A DNA stretch of 64,000 nucleotides from the NCBI GenBank assembly GCA_000165345.1, contig CM000436.1, forward strand, positions 1,152,001 through 1,216,000, in the 5' to 3' direction. The position numbers and the translations under genes are program-made. The notes beneath the pieces are model-generated. The model was not told where the DNA came from. It saw only the letters and a program-made list of their open reading frames with translations, and searched no databases. This document shows, in pieces, positions 1 through 10,070 of the stretch. Every line of letters begins with the position of its first letter. Within the stretch, counting starts at the first letter, position 1.

Positions 1-53
1 CCATCACGGCAGATATCGCAATAACGTCTTAAACCTTTTCCTTGTCTAGCCAT
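1..53 (-). CDS. 5' end of a gene truncated by the window edge (N-terminus MARQGKGLRRYCDICRDG...); product not identifiable
   Basis: ATG at 53..51 on the minus strand opens an ORF that runs off position 1. Only 17 codons are visible. Confidence 0.3.
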   Translation of the reverse strand, partial: MARQGKGLRRYCDICRD

Positions 54-149
54 TATTGTTAATCCTGAGGTAGATATAAATATGAATAAAAGGCTTCTAG
101 TTTAGATTCTGGATGTATTTGTATAGAATAGAAACTTTAAGTAATCAAA

Positions 150-243
150 ATATATTCATACATATACATATACATATATATATATATATATACATAAATA
201 TATATATTTATATATATATATATATATTTATATATATAAATAT
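150..243. repeat. (TA)n / TATACA-type AT microsatellite
   Basis: Direct reading: tatattcatacatatacatatacatatatatatatatata...tatatataaatatgg. Confidence 0.9.
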
Positions 244-1342
244 GGCTACTCTTTCCAAAAAGTTGTATGCCTGTCCAATATTGTAATGTAAATCTTCAGG
301 TCCAAATTACGAGATTCTGCATAAATCTCAGTCCAGAATTAGAGTATAAGCTTTCCAAGATGTTGATTTCCTTTAATTTCTAATATTTTATCGGTACCTT
401 ATAGTTTTTTTATCTTGGATCCTCAGTAAATTTTCTCAAACTTGTATATGTAGAACCCCTCAATCAAATACTCATAATAGTATATCATCAAATTATTGAG
501 TTCGACTCCTCCTTTAGTCAGTAAATTAAAAAAAAAGCAACTGAGCTCTTTCTCTTATTTTCTTCTTTTTTATTTACTCTTTGAACATTTTCATATTTTG
601 TGCAAACTATCTACTCAAATAGCAGACATACAGACGTACATACGTATTGACTGTCCAATAATATGTGTAGTTACTTGCTATTCCATCACGCGGCTGTCTG
701 CACCTACCCTCCCTTTTTAATATCTATTATTGAGACATATATGTATCAATAATTTTATTAAAAAAAAACTGAACTTGCTTTTCAGTTTTTTAATTCAACC
801 TTAATTTTTTTATTTAATTAAGATAATCTTATTCAACAAAATTTGATTTTTCTAATGTTTTCAATGTCATGCAATTTACACCCATTTTGCCAATTTTCGC
901 CGGTATACATTTTTTTTTTATCAGACATGTGGGGATTGACACGTGTATTTTTTTTCTAATTGATTTTTTTTTCTTAAACAGTTGTATAATAATTTTATTA
1001 AGCTTCATAAATTCGCTTGAAGCCTGATCATCATTCATATAGAACAAGAGATTTTAACTAAGAGAAAATACTAGATATTGGTCAAACTAAATCACTAATC
1101 TAACACTTTGATAATAATTAAACGTTAATTTCCACATTGATACTTTATACCATTTTCCGAGCATATTGACAAAAAAAAAATACGTGAAAATTAATTAGTT
1201 AAATTTTTTTTTTTCTTGAAATTTAGAAACAAATTATATCTTATTTTAACTAAATATTTTACTTTAATATTAATTAGATAAATCACTTTGCTTATCAATT
1301 ATTTACTTCAATTCAATAGATTTCAATTTATACCGCCTATCA

Positions 1343-1356
1343 ATTTGGCGCCAAAT
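1343..1356. promoter_or_regulatory. perfect 14-bp palindrome ATTTGGCGCCAAAT (E2F-like site) about 590 bp upstream of the ELO gene; related GAAGGCGGGCT at 1389..1399 and TTTTCGCCGG at 894..903
   Basis: Seen directly. It matches the E2F/DP consensus TTTSSCGC on both strands. It is an isolated GC island in an AT-rich spacer. Confidence 0.5.
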
Positions 1357-1943
1357 TGTGGTTATGAATTTATGAATAATATTGCTGTGAAGGCGGGCTA
1401 AAAAGGGGGGAGTCAGGTATTTGTTCATTCAGAATAAATAAAAAAATGTATATAATATATATATATATATATTATATACATATGAATTGAAAATGATGGG
1501 TACCGTAAATAAATTTGTTGAACAAGTAATACAAAATTTGAATGTATTTATAGTTTAAAAAAGTTAGTATTAAATCATTAATTATTACACAAGTGAGAAC
1601 ATATATAAATATAAATATACTTGGAGATTTAATAATAATAAATTAATATTAAGAAAAGAAGAAGTATTTTGAATATAAAAAGTTCTCCTGTACAAGTACG
1701 AGCTCGAAGATATTTTTAATAAGCCTATTTTGTTTCAACTTTTTGTATTATTTGAAGTTCATGTAAAATAATTCTTGGATATATTTTTATATTACTTTTC
1801 ACTCAAATATTCAATTGGGAATCTATTAGCCTATATCTAATAGCACTCAATACAAATTTGCAATAAATTAAAAGTATAATGCAATTATAACATTAAATTA
1901 TTAAAGAATTATATTATAAAGATAATTAATAAAGGAGACAAAA

Positions 1944-2915
1944 ATGATCATAAAAAATAATAATAATGGGTATTTTATTGATAACGTTAATAAAATTTGG
2001 GAGATCCCTATAAATAGTGAGCATATGGACATTTTAAAGGAAATTCCATGGTTTAAATATCTTACTCTACCAATTGAAAGAAATTGGAATGGTATGAAAT
2101 TATTCCTTTGGACCAATGATAATTATTATCTTGCACACACAATCTGCATAATATATGCATTTTTCATATACTTTGGACCCAAAATTATGGAGAAACGAAA
2201 ACCTTTCAAATTGGAAAAACCTTTAAAATATTGGAACTTGTTTTTGGCACTTTTTTCATTTATTGGAACCCTACGTTTAATGCCATATGTTCTAACCAAC
2301 CTCATTAAGTATGGCTTTGTATCATCCATCTGTTCTCCTCCTATTGCTCCACTAACAAAAGGTCCAGCTGGCTTATGGCTCAGCTTATTTATATATTCTA
2401 AATATATTGAATTAATTGATACATTTTTTATTATTGCTAGAAAAAAATCACTTTCTTTTTTACACTGGTTCCATCACCTTACTGTACTCCTTTACACATG
2501 GGATGCTTATGTCTGCTGCCAAACTATTGGAGTCTTTTTTTGCGCCATAAACTACTTTGTTCATTCAATTATGTACTTTTACTATTATTTATCCTCTTGT
2601 GGTAAGAGACCAAAATGGGGTATGATCATCACAATCTTACAAATTGTACAAATGATTATTGGTACAATTCTAACCACTTCAGGTATGTATTACTCTTATA
2701 AACACCCATTTGCCAATGTATTTCCAGTTGAATATCTAAGTCAACCTCTCAAAGTTGGTTGTCACTTTATCAGAACCAACGGTGTTTTTGCCTGCCTTAT
2801 GTACATCTCCTACTTTGCTTTATTCTTTGACTTCTTTATCAAAAGATATATCACAAAAGGTACACCTCTTGCTGAATGGGTAACTGCCAATAAAAAACCA
2901 ACTAAGCGCGATTAG
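1944..2915 (+). CDS. ELO-family (GNS1/SUR4) long-chain fatty acid elongase
   Basis: 323-aa ORF with an ATG start. It has multiple TM helices and the ELO histidine box FLHWFHHLTVLLYTW (HxxHH). The C-terminus carries a basic di-lysine-like tail, NKKPTKRD. Confidence 0.85.
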   Translation: MIIKNNNNGYFIDNVNKIWEIPINSEHMDILKEIPWFKYLTLPIERNWNGMKLFLWTNDNYYLAHTICIIYAFFIYFGPKIMEKRKPFKLEKPLKYWNLFLALFSFIGTLRLMPYVLTNLIKYGFVSSICSPPIAPLTKGPAGLWLSLFIYSKYIELIDTFFIIARKKSLSFLHWFHHLTVLLYTWDAYVCCQTIGVFFCAINYFVHSIMYFYYYLSSCGKRPKWGMIITILQIVQMIIGTILTTSGMYYSYKHPFANVFPVEYLSQPLKVGCHFIRTNGVFACLMYISYFALFFDFFIKRYITKGTPLAEWVTANKKPTKRD

Positions 2916-3261
2916 TACCCCTGGCCTTATTATATTCAAAATGGCGGGAAAATGTGCATATAAGAGATATATAATATATATGCTTGTATATATTTAAAAT
3001 CAGGATAAGCAAGTTGTATAAGAATTATCACAACTCTTTGAATTGACTATAATAAGCCTATTCTACATCAGTAATTAAAAAAATGGATAATTCTAATTCA
3101 GGAATGAGAAAAGGAAATAACTTATTTAAAGGAAGATAATTAATTATAAAATATTAGAAATTGTTTAGCCTAGTAATTAAGATAATAATGTAAATGGCTA
3201 TATGATTCTTACATATTTTTGAGCTCTCTTTTTTATTGCTTTAATAATTTTCCTATGATGA

Positions 3262-4503
3262 CTATTCTATAGTTAAGAAACCAACAAACGGAGTATTTGG
3301 ACCATTTAGTCCACTTGAAATGATCTTATTATAATGTATTGATGACGTGTTGGTTCCAATATTAGAGCTACTTGTGTTATTAGCATTATTAGATTCTAGA
3401 GAGTTGCAGGCTATCGCCAAAATCTGTCTATAAGGATGCCAAGACGACGATGTTATTCTACCAGGAACATCGAAACGACTGAGAATCTTTAGTTGAGTAT
3501 TGTTTAGCATTAATGTGTCATTGGAGTCCTCACCTGGTTTCTTCTTTTCTGAAGAAATTGCTGTTGATATAATCTCGCCAGTATTATTGAATTCTATACT
3601 AGTTGCCGCTCCATCTATTCCTCCAAGTGTTGAAATTATTGATTTGGAACGCAAATCCAAAAGTGAAATTGTCTGGTCTTGTCCAAAGCTTGCAATCATA
3701 TTAGAAAACTCTCTTACAATCACTGAGCTATAAAGATGAGTTTGAATAAGCTCTGATTTGTTTTGATTCAATATATCGTTTGAATTTTCTAAAAAAATAA
3801 TTTCCAATTTTCCATCATTTCTAGCCATAATCAGATGTTTACTATCTGAACTAAATGTAATATCATTAATTTCTTCTGAAGATCTTTTATGGCTTTGAAT
3901 ATTATATGGAAGTTCTCTTCTTTTTTGCCTTTCATTTACAATATTAGAATCTATATTCATCTTGTTTTCTTCATCATTCTTTAATTTCATAATTGGAATT
4001 GGAAGTTGTTTACTATTTGGAAACCTTAAGTCTATTGCATATAAGTTATCAGCTCTATCTCCTGTTACTACAGTTTTATCATCTTTTGACCAAGCTACAT
4101 TTAGAAAAGAATCATTTGGAATAGTAATTTCAAAATGAGATAATCCAGATCTCAAATCATAAAATTCAATGCAAGGCTTATTCAAAGCAATACAAATCAT
4201 TTGAAACGGATTCAAACTACTTGGAATAGCTTTGAACCATTGCCCTGGAATGCTTGTTTCTGCTATAAATAATTGAGGATTCATTAATTGTATACTATCT
4301 CTTGCACTATAGACAAGCTTATTTCCATCACATGTCCAGTTTATACCGCATACCTTACTCTTCTTCTTTGTATCATGTAATCTTGTAATCTTCACTACTG
4401 ACTGGTGACCTAAACAATTCTCCAAAATAGAGTAGTCCTGATTAAATGTAGGTAGGACATTTTCTGGAGCTGTTGTTCTTCTTTCTAATACCTTCGATAT
4501 CAT
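3262..4503 (-). CDS. WD40-repeat protein, THO complex subunit 3 (THOC3/Tex1)-like
   Basis: 413-aa ORF with an ATG at 4503. Blocks of the form W(S/T)xDG..., NVAWSKDDKTVVTGDRADNLYAIDL and SSSWHPYRQILAIACNS align with the THOC3 motifs VAWSCDGRRLASGS, ICWSPDGQTIAVGNKDDVVTFID and VAWHPKRPLLAFACDD. Confidence 0.6.
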   Translation of the reverse strand: MISKVLERRTTAPENVLPTFNQDYSILENCLGHQSVVKITRLHDTKKKSKVCGINWTCDGNKLVYSARDSIQLMNPQLFIAETSIPGQWFKAIPSSLNPFQMICIALNKPCIEFYDLRSGLSHFEITIPNDSFLNVAWSKDDKTVVTGDRADNLYAIDLRFPNSKQLPIPIMKLKNDEENKMNIDSNIVNERQKRRELPYNIQSHKRSSEEINDITFSSDSKHLIMARNDGKLEIIFLENSNDILNQNKSELIQTHLYSSVIVREFSNMIASFGQDQTISLLDLRSKSIISTLGGIDGAATSIEFNNTGEIISTAISSEKKKPGEDSNDTLMLNNTQLKILSRFDVPGRITSSSWHPYRQILAIACNSLESNNANNTSSSNIGTNTSSIHYNKIISSGLNGPNTPFVGFLTIE

Positions 4504-4640
4504 TAAATAGAAACCGGATATATTCTATATAAGTTTATTTACGCAACAAATATGATACCCCCTCTTTATTCTCTTTTTGTTCAATTCGTTTAAAATGTCA
4601 ATTTTTTTTGTTTTTGTTTTTAATAATTTTGTAATAAACA

Positions 4641-4660
4641 AAAAGGCGCCAAATCGCCAA
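4641..4660. promoter_or_regulatory. E2F-like site AAAGGCGCCAAATCGCCAA in the 235-bp spacer upstream of the THOC3-like gene
   Basis: Seen directly: a GGCGCCAAA core with a second CGCCAA half-site. Confidence 0.45.
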
Positions 4661-4738
4661 CTATTATAATATAAATGAATTATCAAATAGAGATGACATA
4701 ATAAATATTAATAATAGAATTATATAATATTCTAAATG

Positions 4739-5125
4739 CTAATCAGCATAATGTTTCATTAATTTATCTATTATTGAAACTGACATCTCACTATTAACAT
4801 CTCCACAGTGTTTATTTATCATCTTTTCTAAATTCAAGTCTATAGCTATTCCAAATTTTTTGGCTCTCTCAAGTCTTTTGGATCTGGAAATTTCACTGCA
4901 TGGGCCAAAAGTGTGGTCCAAGTCAAAACTATGCAATGTATTTAAAAGTTGTTCATTATCATTAGCACTCTGTACTGGCTTTAAATCTGTAGCTTCCAAT
5001 TCTGGATTTACTATTGGTCTAACAATACTAGTCTTGAATCCTACTAGTTTTGATTGATTTTCCTTTTCACTTTCTTTTAAGCCTTTGGCTGACCTTTTTC
5101 TCTTCTTATTTACATTGGGAGGCAT
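4739..5125 (-). CDS. small basic nuclear protein. It has an N-terminal NLS (KKRKRSAK) and one RAxxFGI motif (LERAKKFGIA) like the repeated ERFGI motifs of SARNP/Tho1/CIP29 mRNA-export adaptors.
   Basis: 128-aa ORF with an ATG at 5125. The motif resemblance is from memory of SARNP (RAERFGI repeats). The gene lies next to the THOC3-like gene on the same strand. Confidence 0.5.
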   Translation of the reverse strand: MPPNVNKKRKRSAKGLKESEKENQSKLVGFKTSIVRPIVNPELEATDLKPVQSANDNEQLLNTLHSFDLDHTFGPCSEISRSKRLERAKKFGIAIDLNLEKMINKHCGDVNSEMSVSIIDKLMKHYAD

Positions 5126-5653
5126 TTTTTTTTTTAAATCTCAAGTTACACTCAATTTCCCAACTTATTTCAATTTCACACGTCTAAAAAAACAATATTC
5201 ACAAAATTTCAGTCAATAATCACAATTCTTAAAACAAATTAATTCTAAAAGTCTCAGCAATAATAGAATCCTTGTTTCAATTAAAGTAAGAATGTGCTCC
5301 AATCTTTACTTCCATTTCATAATACATTTCTATTTTGATACTTTAATTTCATAATACATACTATTAATAATTTAACATCAGCCCGCCAACACGTTTGAGC
5401 GCGCAAATATTTACTATTAAACATGTAAAAGATAAACATTTTTTAAATGTGAAAAATACCTAAAAATGTCAAGGATTGCAAGGAATCTGTCATTTGAATT
5501 AATGTGTGCTAGTTTATACTTTCTTTAATATAATATTTCCATTTATGTTTATATTATACTTTAACTAAACAAATATTAAGTCTAGAAAAACTTTGCTCTT
5601 AACAACATAATCTAGAGAAAATTCTTGAAAAGTAAGAATTAGGTTAATCTATT

Positions 5654-6847
5654 CTAGTGGTTTAGTAAGAACTCGCTACAATGCTTTCCAGGTACAAATA
5701 ATGGTCCTAATGGGTCCTGGAAATCATATGGATCATACTTGGATGGGTATTTATCTACACTTCCTGTAAACTTTGGAGGAACAACAAGTCCAGGATTTGA
5801 GGGGGATGAAATTGTGGCAGTTTTAAGATAATAAAATGTATTTCCAGTGCTAATAATACCGGTATCACTAATAATAGACATTGAACCGTCATATTGTCCA
5901 ATCTCAGGATACTTTCCTTGTTTGATGAAAGGTTCTGAGAATGCAAAATGTCTAGAAAAGATATGCATAAGAAGCTTTTCATTATTAGTTTCAGGTGCTG
6001 GACTAGCAAAACTACCAATGCTTGTCATTTTACCTTCTGGATAAGTAACCATAAATCCATACCATAGTGTTTGGCCTTTCTTTGCAAGTACATTAGCTTT
6101 TTGAGGCTCACTTGGAATATAAGATGGAGTATTTGATTCTGTTGAAAGTTGTTCTTGTACTAGTTCCTGACAGATATAGTTACCTCCCCATCTAAAAGCA
6201 TTATCCTCCAAAACTTCAAATACAAGAGCTAACTCTTTTGGATTTGTTAAAAGACCTGTTTCATTTCTATAAGTACTCATTGTAAAATTTGTTTCTGTAA
6301 TTGAACCAGATTCTAAAAAACTAATCTTAGCCCATTTTTCTGTCTCGTTTGGCCAATAGAAAGAAGTTGGTAAAGTTTTAGATCCATTATTTTCATCTTG
6401 ATTCTCTTCCTTCAAGCTTCTAATATTATTCCTAGGTAATGTTTTTTGTCTAAGTTTATCCATAATTTTCTTTCTATTAATTCTTTTAAATTTGAAATCA
6501 TTTTCATCAACAGTAGTATTACTTTGAGTTGCAAATTCAACAATTTCTACTCCAAATCCATAAAAGAAATAATCAAAAAGATGATCAACATTTTCTTCAA
6601 ATAACGTCATTGATTCATTTGAAGCTGTTTTGTAGTTTGAAAACAACTTAGATTGATCTGGAGTACCATCTATTTGAGAATATTCATAAATAGTAGTATA
6701 AGATCTTAAGTTTGTTAGCCAAGCATCAGCTTGCCTACTAAATATCCATTCAACTTTTGCTTGATCAAATATTAATGCATGGACTATACCGATCAATAAT
6801 ATAACACCAAGTAAATATTGTAATTGTTTTGTTTGAATTGAATTCAT
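5654..6847 (-). CDS. hypothetical secreted N-glycosylated protein (lineage-specific)
   Basis: The ORF track start at 6856 is TTG, and the first ATG is at 6847. The N-terminus MNSIQTKQLQYLLGVILLIGIVHALIF is a signal peptide. There are many NxS/T sites and no recognisable domain. Confidence 0.55.
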   Translation of the reverse strand: MNSIQTKQLQYLLGVILLIGIVHALIFDQAKVEWIFSRQADAWLTNLRSYTTIYEYSQIDGTPDQSKLFSNYKTASNESMTLFEENVDHLFDYFFYGFGVEIVEFATQSNTTVDENDFKFKRINRKKIMDKLRQKTLPRNNIRSLKEENQDENNGSKTLPTSFYWPNETEKWAKISFLESGSITETNFTMSTYRNETGLLTNPKELALVFEVLEDNAFRWGGNYICQELVQEQLSTESNTPSYIPSEPQKANVLAKKGQTLWYGFMVTYPEGKMTSIGSFASPAPETNNEKLLMHIFSRHFAFSEPFIKQGKYPEIGQYDGSMSIISDTGIISTGNTFYYLKTATISSPSNPGLVVPPKFTGSVDKYPSKYDPYDFQDPLGPLFVPGKHCSEFLLNH

Positions 6848-7469
6848 ATTAATCAAAATAGTAATTAATGTTTATTTTATTTTTTTATTTGAATCTTTAA
6901 AACTGAAAAAAGGCTTTTTACTTAATAATTTATTTGTATTAGCAATACTATTGAATATTTCTCTATTACTTATCAGAGTATTGATATAGTATTGATGATA
7001 GTATTGTGACTTTAAGATTTGTTATAACTGCAAAAGCAATAGTAATATTATTTATTATAGTTTTAGTAGATCTGGTTGATTTGTTAGTAGAAGTGGTAGT
7101 ATTAGTTTCAAACTATTTATAACGGCAATAATAATAACAATAATAATATTTCAATACTATTAAAGTATAATAAAATTATATTTAGTAACTTATTTAATAT
7201 TGATAAATATTAGTAATCAATTGATTGAAATTTAAAAATTCAACTGTTTTCTGGCTCTAAATATTATTTTATCACAACAATAAAGACTAATATACTTATT
7301 CTTAAATACAATTTTTTATATACTTAACTTGTTTTTCTTGTATTTATTAATTACTCAATACTTGTCTCCTATTTTCTAACTTTGTTCTGACTTAAATTCT
7401 AATCCAACTGAACCTTTAATCTTTAACTATTTATTTCCTATCTCATTTTTTCCTTATCGCTTTTTTATT

Positions 7470-7489
7470 AATTTGCATGCATGCAAATT
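7470..7489. promoter_or_regulatory. 20-bp perfect palindrome AATTTGCATGCATGCAAATT (double GCATGC motif) in a divergent promoter; E2F-like ATGGCGCCAAAG at 7523..7534
   Basis: Seen directly. The reverse complement is identical. It sits between the start of the 6847 minus-strand gene and the 7847 plus-strand gene. Confidence 0.5.
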
Positions 7490-7846
7490 TTCCATTTTTT
7501 TAATCCCGGTATCGAGCCACGTATGGCGCCAAAGTTTGTAGATGAATAATAAATTATGTGGAAGAATTTTATGCAATAAAAAAAGTTTTAAATAAAGACA
7601 AAAAAAGGAAAGAGAGAAGAAAAAGGGGAGGAAATATTTCAAGTAATAATTAAATAAAATAGTAAGGTGGAAGAGTGAAATAAACTAATAAATATTGTTT
7701 GGCTTAGCCACTAATTTGTTTTCATTTTCTGACACGTAATTAAAATTAACTTTGAAATGGATTGAGATCTGGAAAGCTTAGTATATATTTCTTTCTTTCT
7801 TTTTATATTATTTAACTTAAAAAAAATAAGTGAGTAGTAAATAAAT

Positions 7847-8431
7847 ATGAAAGAAGTTAGTGATGATATTTATAGCCGAGTTAGAAAAATTAAGTTTAAG
7901 AGATTAGGCTTAGACCCAAGTAAAAAAAGTAATCAAAGTGAAAAAGTTGATTATAACAATAACAAGAAAGATAAAGATGATGAACATCAATATTTAGTTT
8001 CTTTTAATTCCAAAGTTGAAGAGAAAAAGAAAAAAGGAGAAGGGAGAATTATAACATCAAATACTACAGTACAAGGATTTCATACCAAATTTCAACAAGA
8101 ACTTAAAATTGGTGATTATATAGAAATTGAACATCCAAATACATTAATTAAAGAAAGTAGACAAGTGGTCAGTATTGTGAGCGAAAGAACATTAATCGTA
8201 GATAGTGAATTTTCTTGTGACTTGGTTTCAACTAGTGAATATTACTATTATACGAATACAAATGACAATGATTTGGATATTTTAAATAAAAGTAATACAT
8301 ACTCTTATAGAGAAAAGGATGGAATGTTTAAATATAAGACTGTAGTTAAATCAGTGAATTCAAAATTGTCAAGGGAAGATATTTTAGATATTAGAGCAAA
8401 AAAACAAAGAGATAAATATTGTTGGATATAG
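7847..8431 (+). CDS. hypothetical protein (K/E-rich N-terminus, central beta-rich segment GDYIEIEHPNTLIKESRQVVSIVSERTLIVDSEF, C-terminal KQRDKYCWI)
   Basis: 194-aa ORF with an ATG start. No confident family assignment. Confidence 0.45.
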   Translation: MKEVSDDIYSRVRKIKFKRLGLDPSKKSNQSEKVDYNNNKKDKDDEHQYLVSFNSKVEEKKKKGEGRIITSNTTVQGFHTKFQQELKIGDYIEIEHPNTLIKESRQVVSIVSERTLIVDSEFSCDLVSTSEYYYYTNTNDNDLDILNKSNTYSYREKDGMFKYKTVVKSVNSKLSREDILDIRAKKQRDKYCWI

Positions 8432-8531
8432 TAGAGTTAAAAAAGAAAAAATAAACAAATAGCCTAGCATCTTCAAATTAATTAAATTATAAGTACTAAT
8501 TAATTAACTTCTTATAATAAATATTAAATCT

Positions 8532-9530
8532 TTACTCTTTACTACGGTTAATCTTTGATAAAATACCTGCATGAGGAGTATTTAATGTACTTAAATCCTG
8601 TTTACCAACATGGATTCTACCAATAGATTCTCCCAAAACATTTGTTGTCACATTCTTAATCTTTTTAGGCTTAATTTCACGTGGAACTATCATTGCTGAC
8701 TTTAATATACTCTTATCCGGTATCTGATGTTTTACTAATTCCATCTTTATTTGTAAACCAATTTCTGACAAAACTACTCTAGGTGATCCATTTAAAACAA
8801 GATTTTGATCTGATCTAATTAATAGTTCACTTGGTACTTGTTCTGATGGTCTATTTAGACGAATTAAATAGCTTCTAATATCAATATAAATCTTAGAATT
8901 CATTGATCCAATAATTGTAGATTGTTTATTAATTTCCTCGTTATCAGTTTCATAAGCTGTAACTAGAATTAAATGATCAAATCCTTTAAGAAATAATTTA
9001 GATCCTCTAACTATTGGACCAGAAAAAGTATCAAAGAACATTGTTCTTATACTTTTATAAACATCATCTGATTCAAAAGGAGCTCCTTGACATATTACTA
9101 TTGGTTTTGATCCATACTTTGGTAATTCCATATTTGGAGAAATTCCTTTATAATTTAATACATTAAATTCATACATATCCAAAATATGACTATCATAATA
9201 TCTTGTAAATATTAATCTAAATGGATGCTTCTTTGAACTATTTGCAAATATACTTATACTTGAACCATGTTTATATGATAACTGTTCCATTTTATGAGGA
9301 TCTACCCATGGAGAAGTAATCGCTTCTCCTTTTGTAATTCCTCTAACAATTTTTGTGTATGCTTTTGGGAAAATCTTATATAAATCCTTTAACAAATTTT
9401 GTATATTTTCCTTGCATTTTGAACCTTTAATAATAAGCCTTCTTTTTGTTTCTTCATTTACCTGACTCTCCCTCTTTATTACCACACTTTTCTTTGATCC
9501 TTTAATTTTACCGGAACTCGATTTTGCCAT
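8532..9530 (-). CDS. RPF2: ribosome production factor 2 (RPF2, Brix-domain ribosome biogenesis protein)
   Basis: The ORF track start at 9536 is TTG, and the first ATG is at 9530 (MAKSSSGKIKG...). The segment LLKDLYKIFPKAYTKIVRGITKGEAITSPWVDPHKMEQLSYKHGSSISIFANSSKKHPFRLIFTRYYDSHILDMYEFNVLNYKG matches the Brix/RPF2 core (LKDLYhLKKP..., FGSHSKKRPnNLVIGRlfD.hLLDMvEfGvenyK). Confidence 0.8.
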   Translation of the reverse strand: MAKSSSGKIKGSKKSVVIKRESQVNEETKRRLIIKGSKCKENIQNLLKDLYKIFPKAYTKIVRGITKGEAITSPWVDPHKMEQLSYKHGSSISIFANSSKKHPFRLIFTRYYDSHILDMYEFNVLNYKGISPNMELPKYGSKPIVICQGAPFESDDVYKSIRTMFFDTFSGPIVRGSKLFLKGFDHLILVTAYETDNEEINKQSTIIGSMNSKIYIDIRSYLIRLNRPSEQVPSELLIRSDQNLVLNGSPRVVLSEIGLQIKMELVKHQIPDKSILKSAMIVPREIKPKKIKNVTTNVLGESIGRIHVGKQDLSTLNTPHAGILSKINRSKE

Positions 9531-10070
9531 TTTCAAATCTCACAGCTTTTTTTTGACTTTAATATACTACTTATCTTTCTATTTATTAATAATTTACATA
9601 TATTCATATATATATATAAATATATATTATATGTATATATACACGTAAATATAAATATAATTATAAATAAACAAATATTCCCAGATTTTCTTTGAAAAAT
9701 CTCTTATTAGTTCAAAATCAAATTATTATTATTTTTCTATGTCAACTTTTACCTCTTATTTTATTATTTTTTTTTTTTCTTTACACTTATTTTCCATTAT
9801 TCTTAAATAATATATTTAAAATAATATTAAATGAACCGCCTATTCTTCCCGCCTAAAATTCTTTATATTATTTATACCGACAGAAAAAAAGCAAAAAGTA
9901 CATGCGGACGAGTTAAGGAGGATAAATTAAAAGTAATTTAATTCTGAATTAAGACTTTAAGTTTATTCAAATCTTTTTACTACTTTTTTTCTTTATGCTT
10001 CACATTTCTCTTCACCTCAATCTAATTCATCCCATCTCTAATCTTTTGATATTTTGACTTTAATTTTTAA

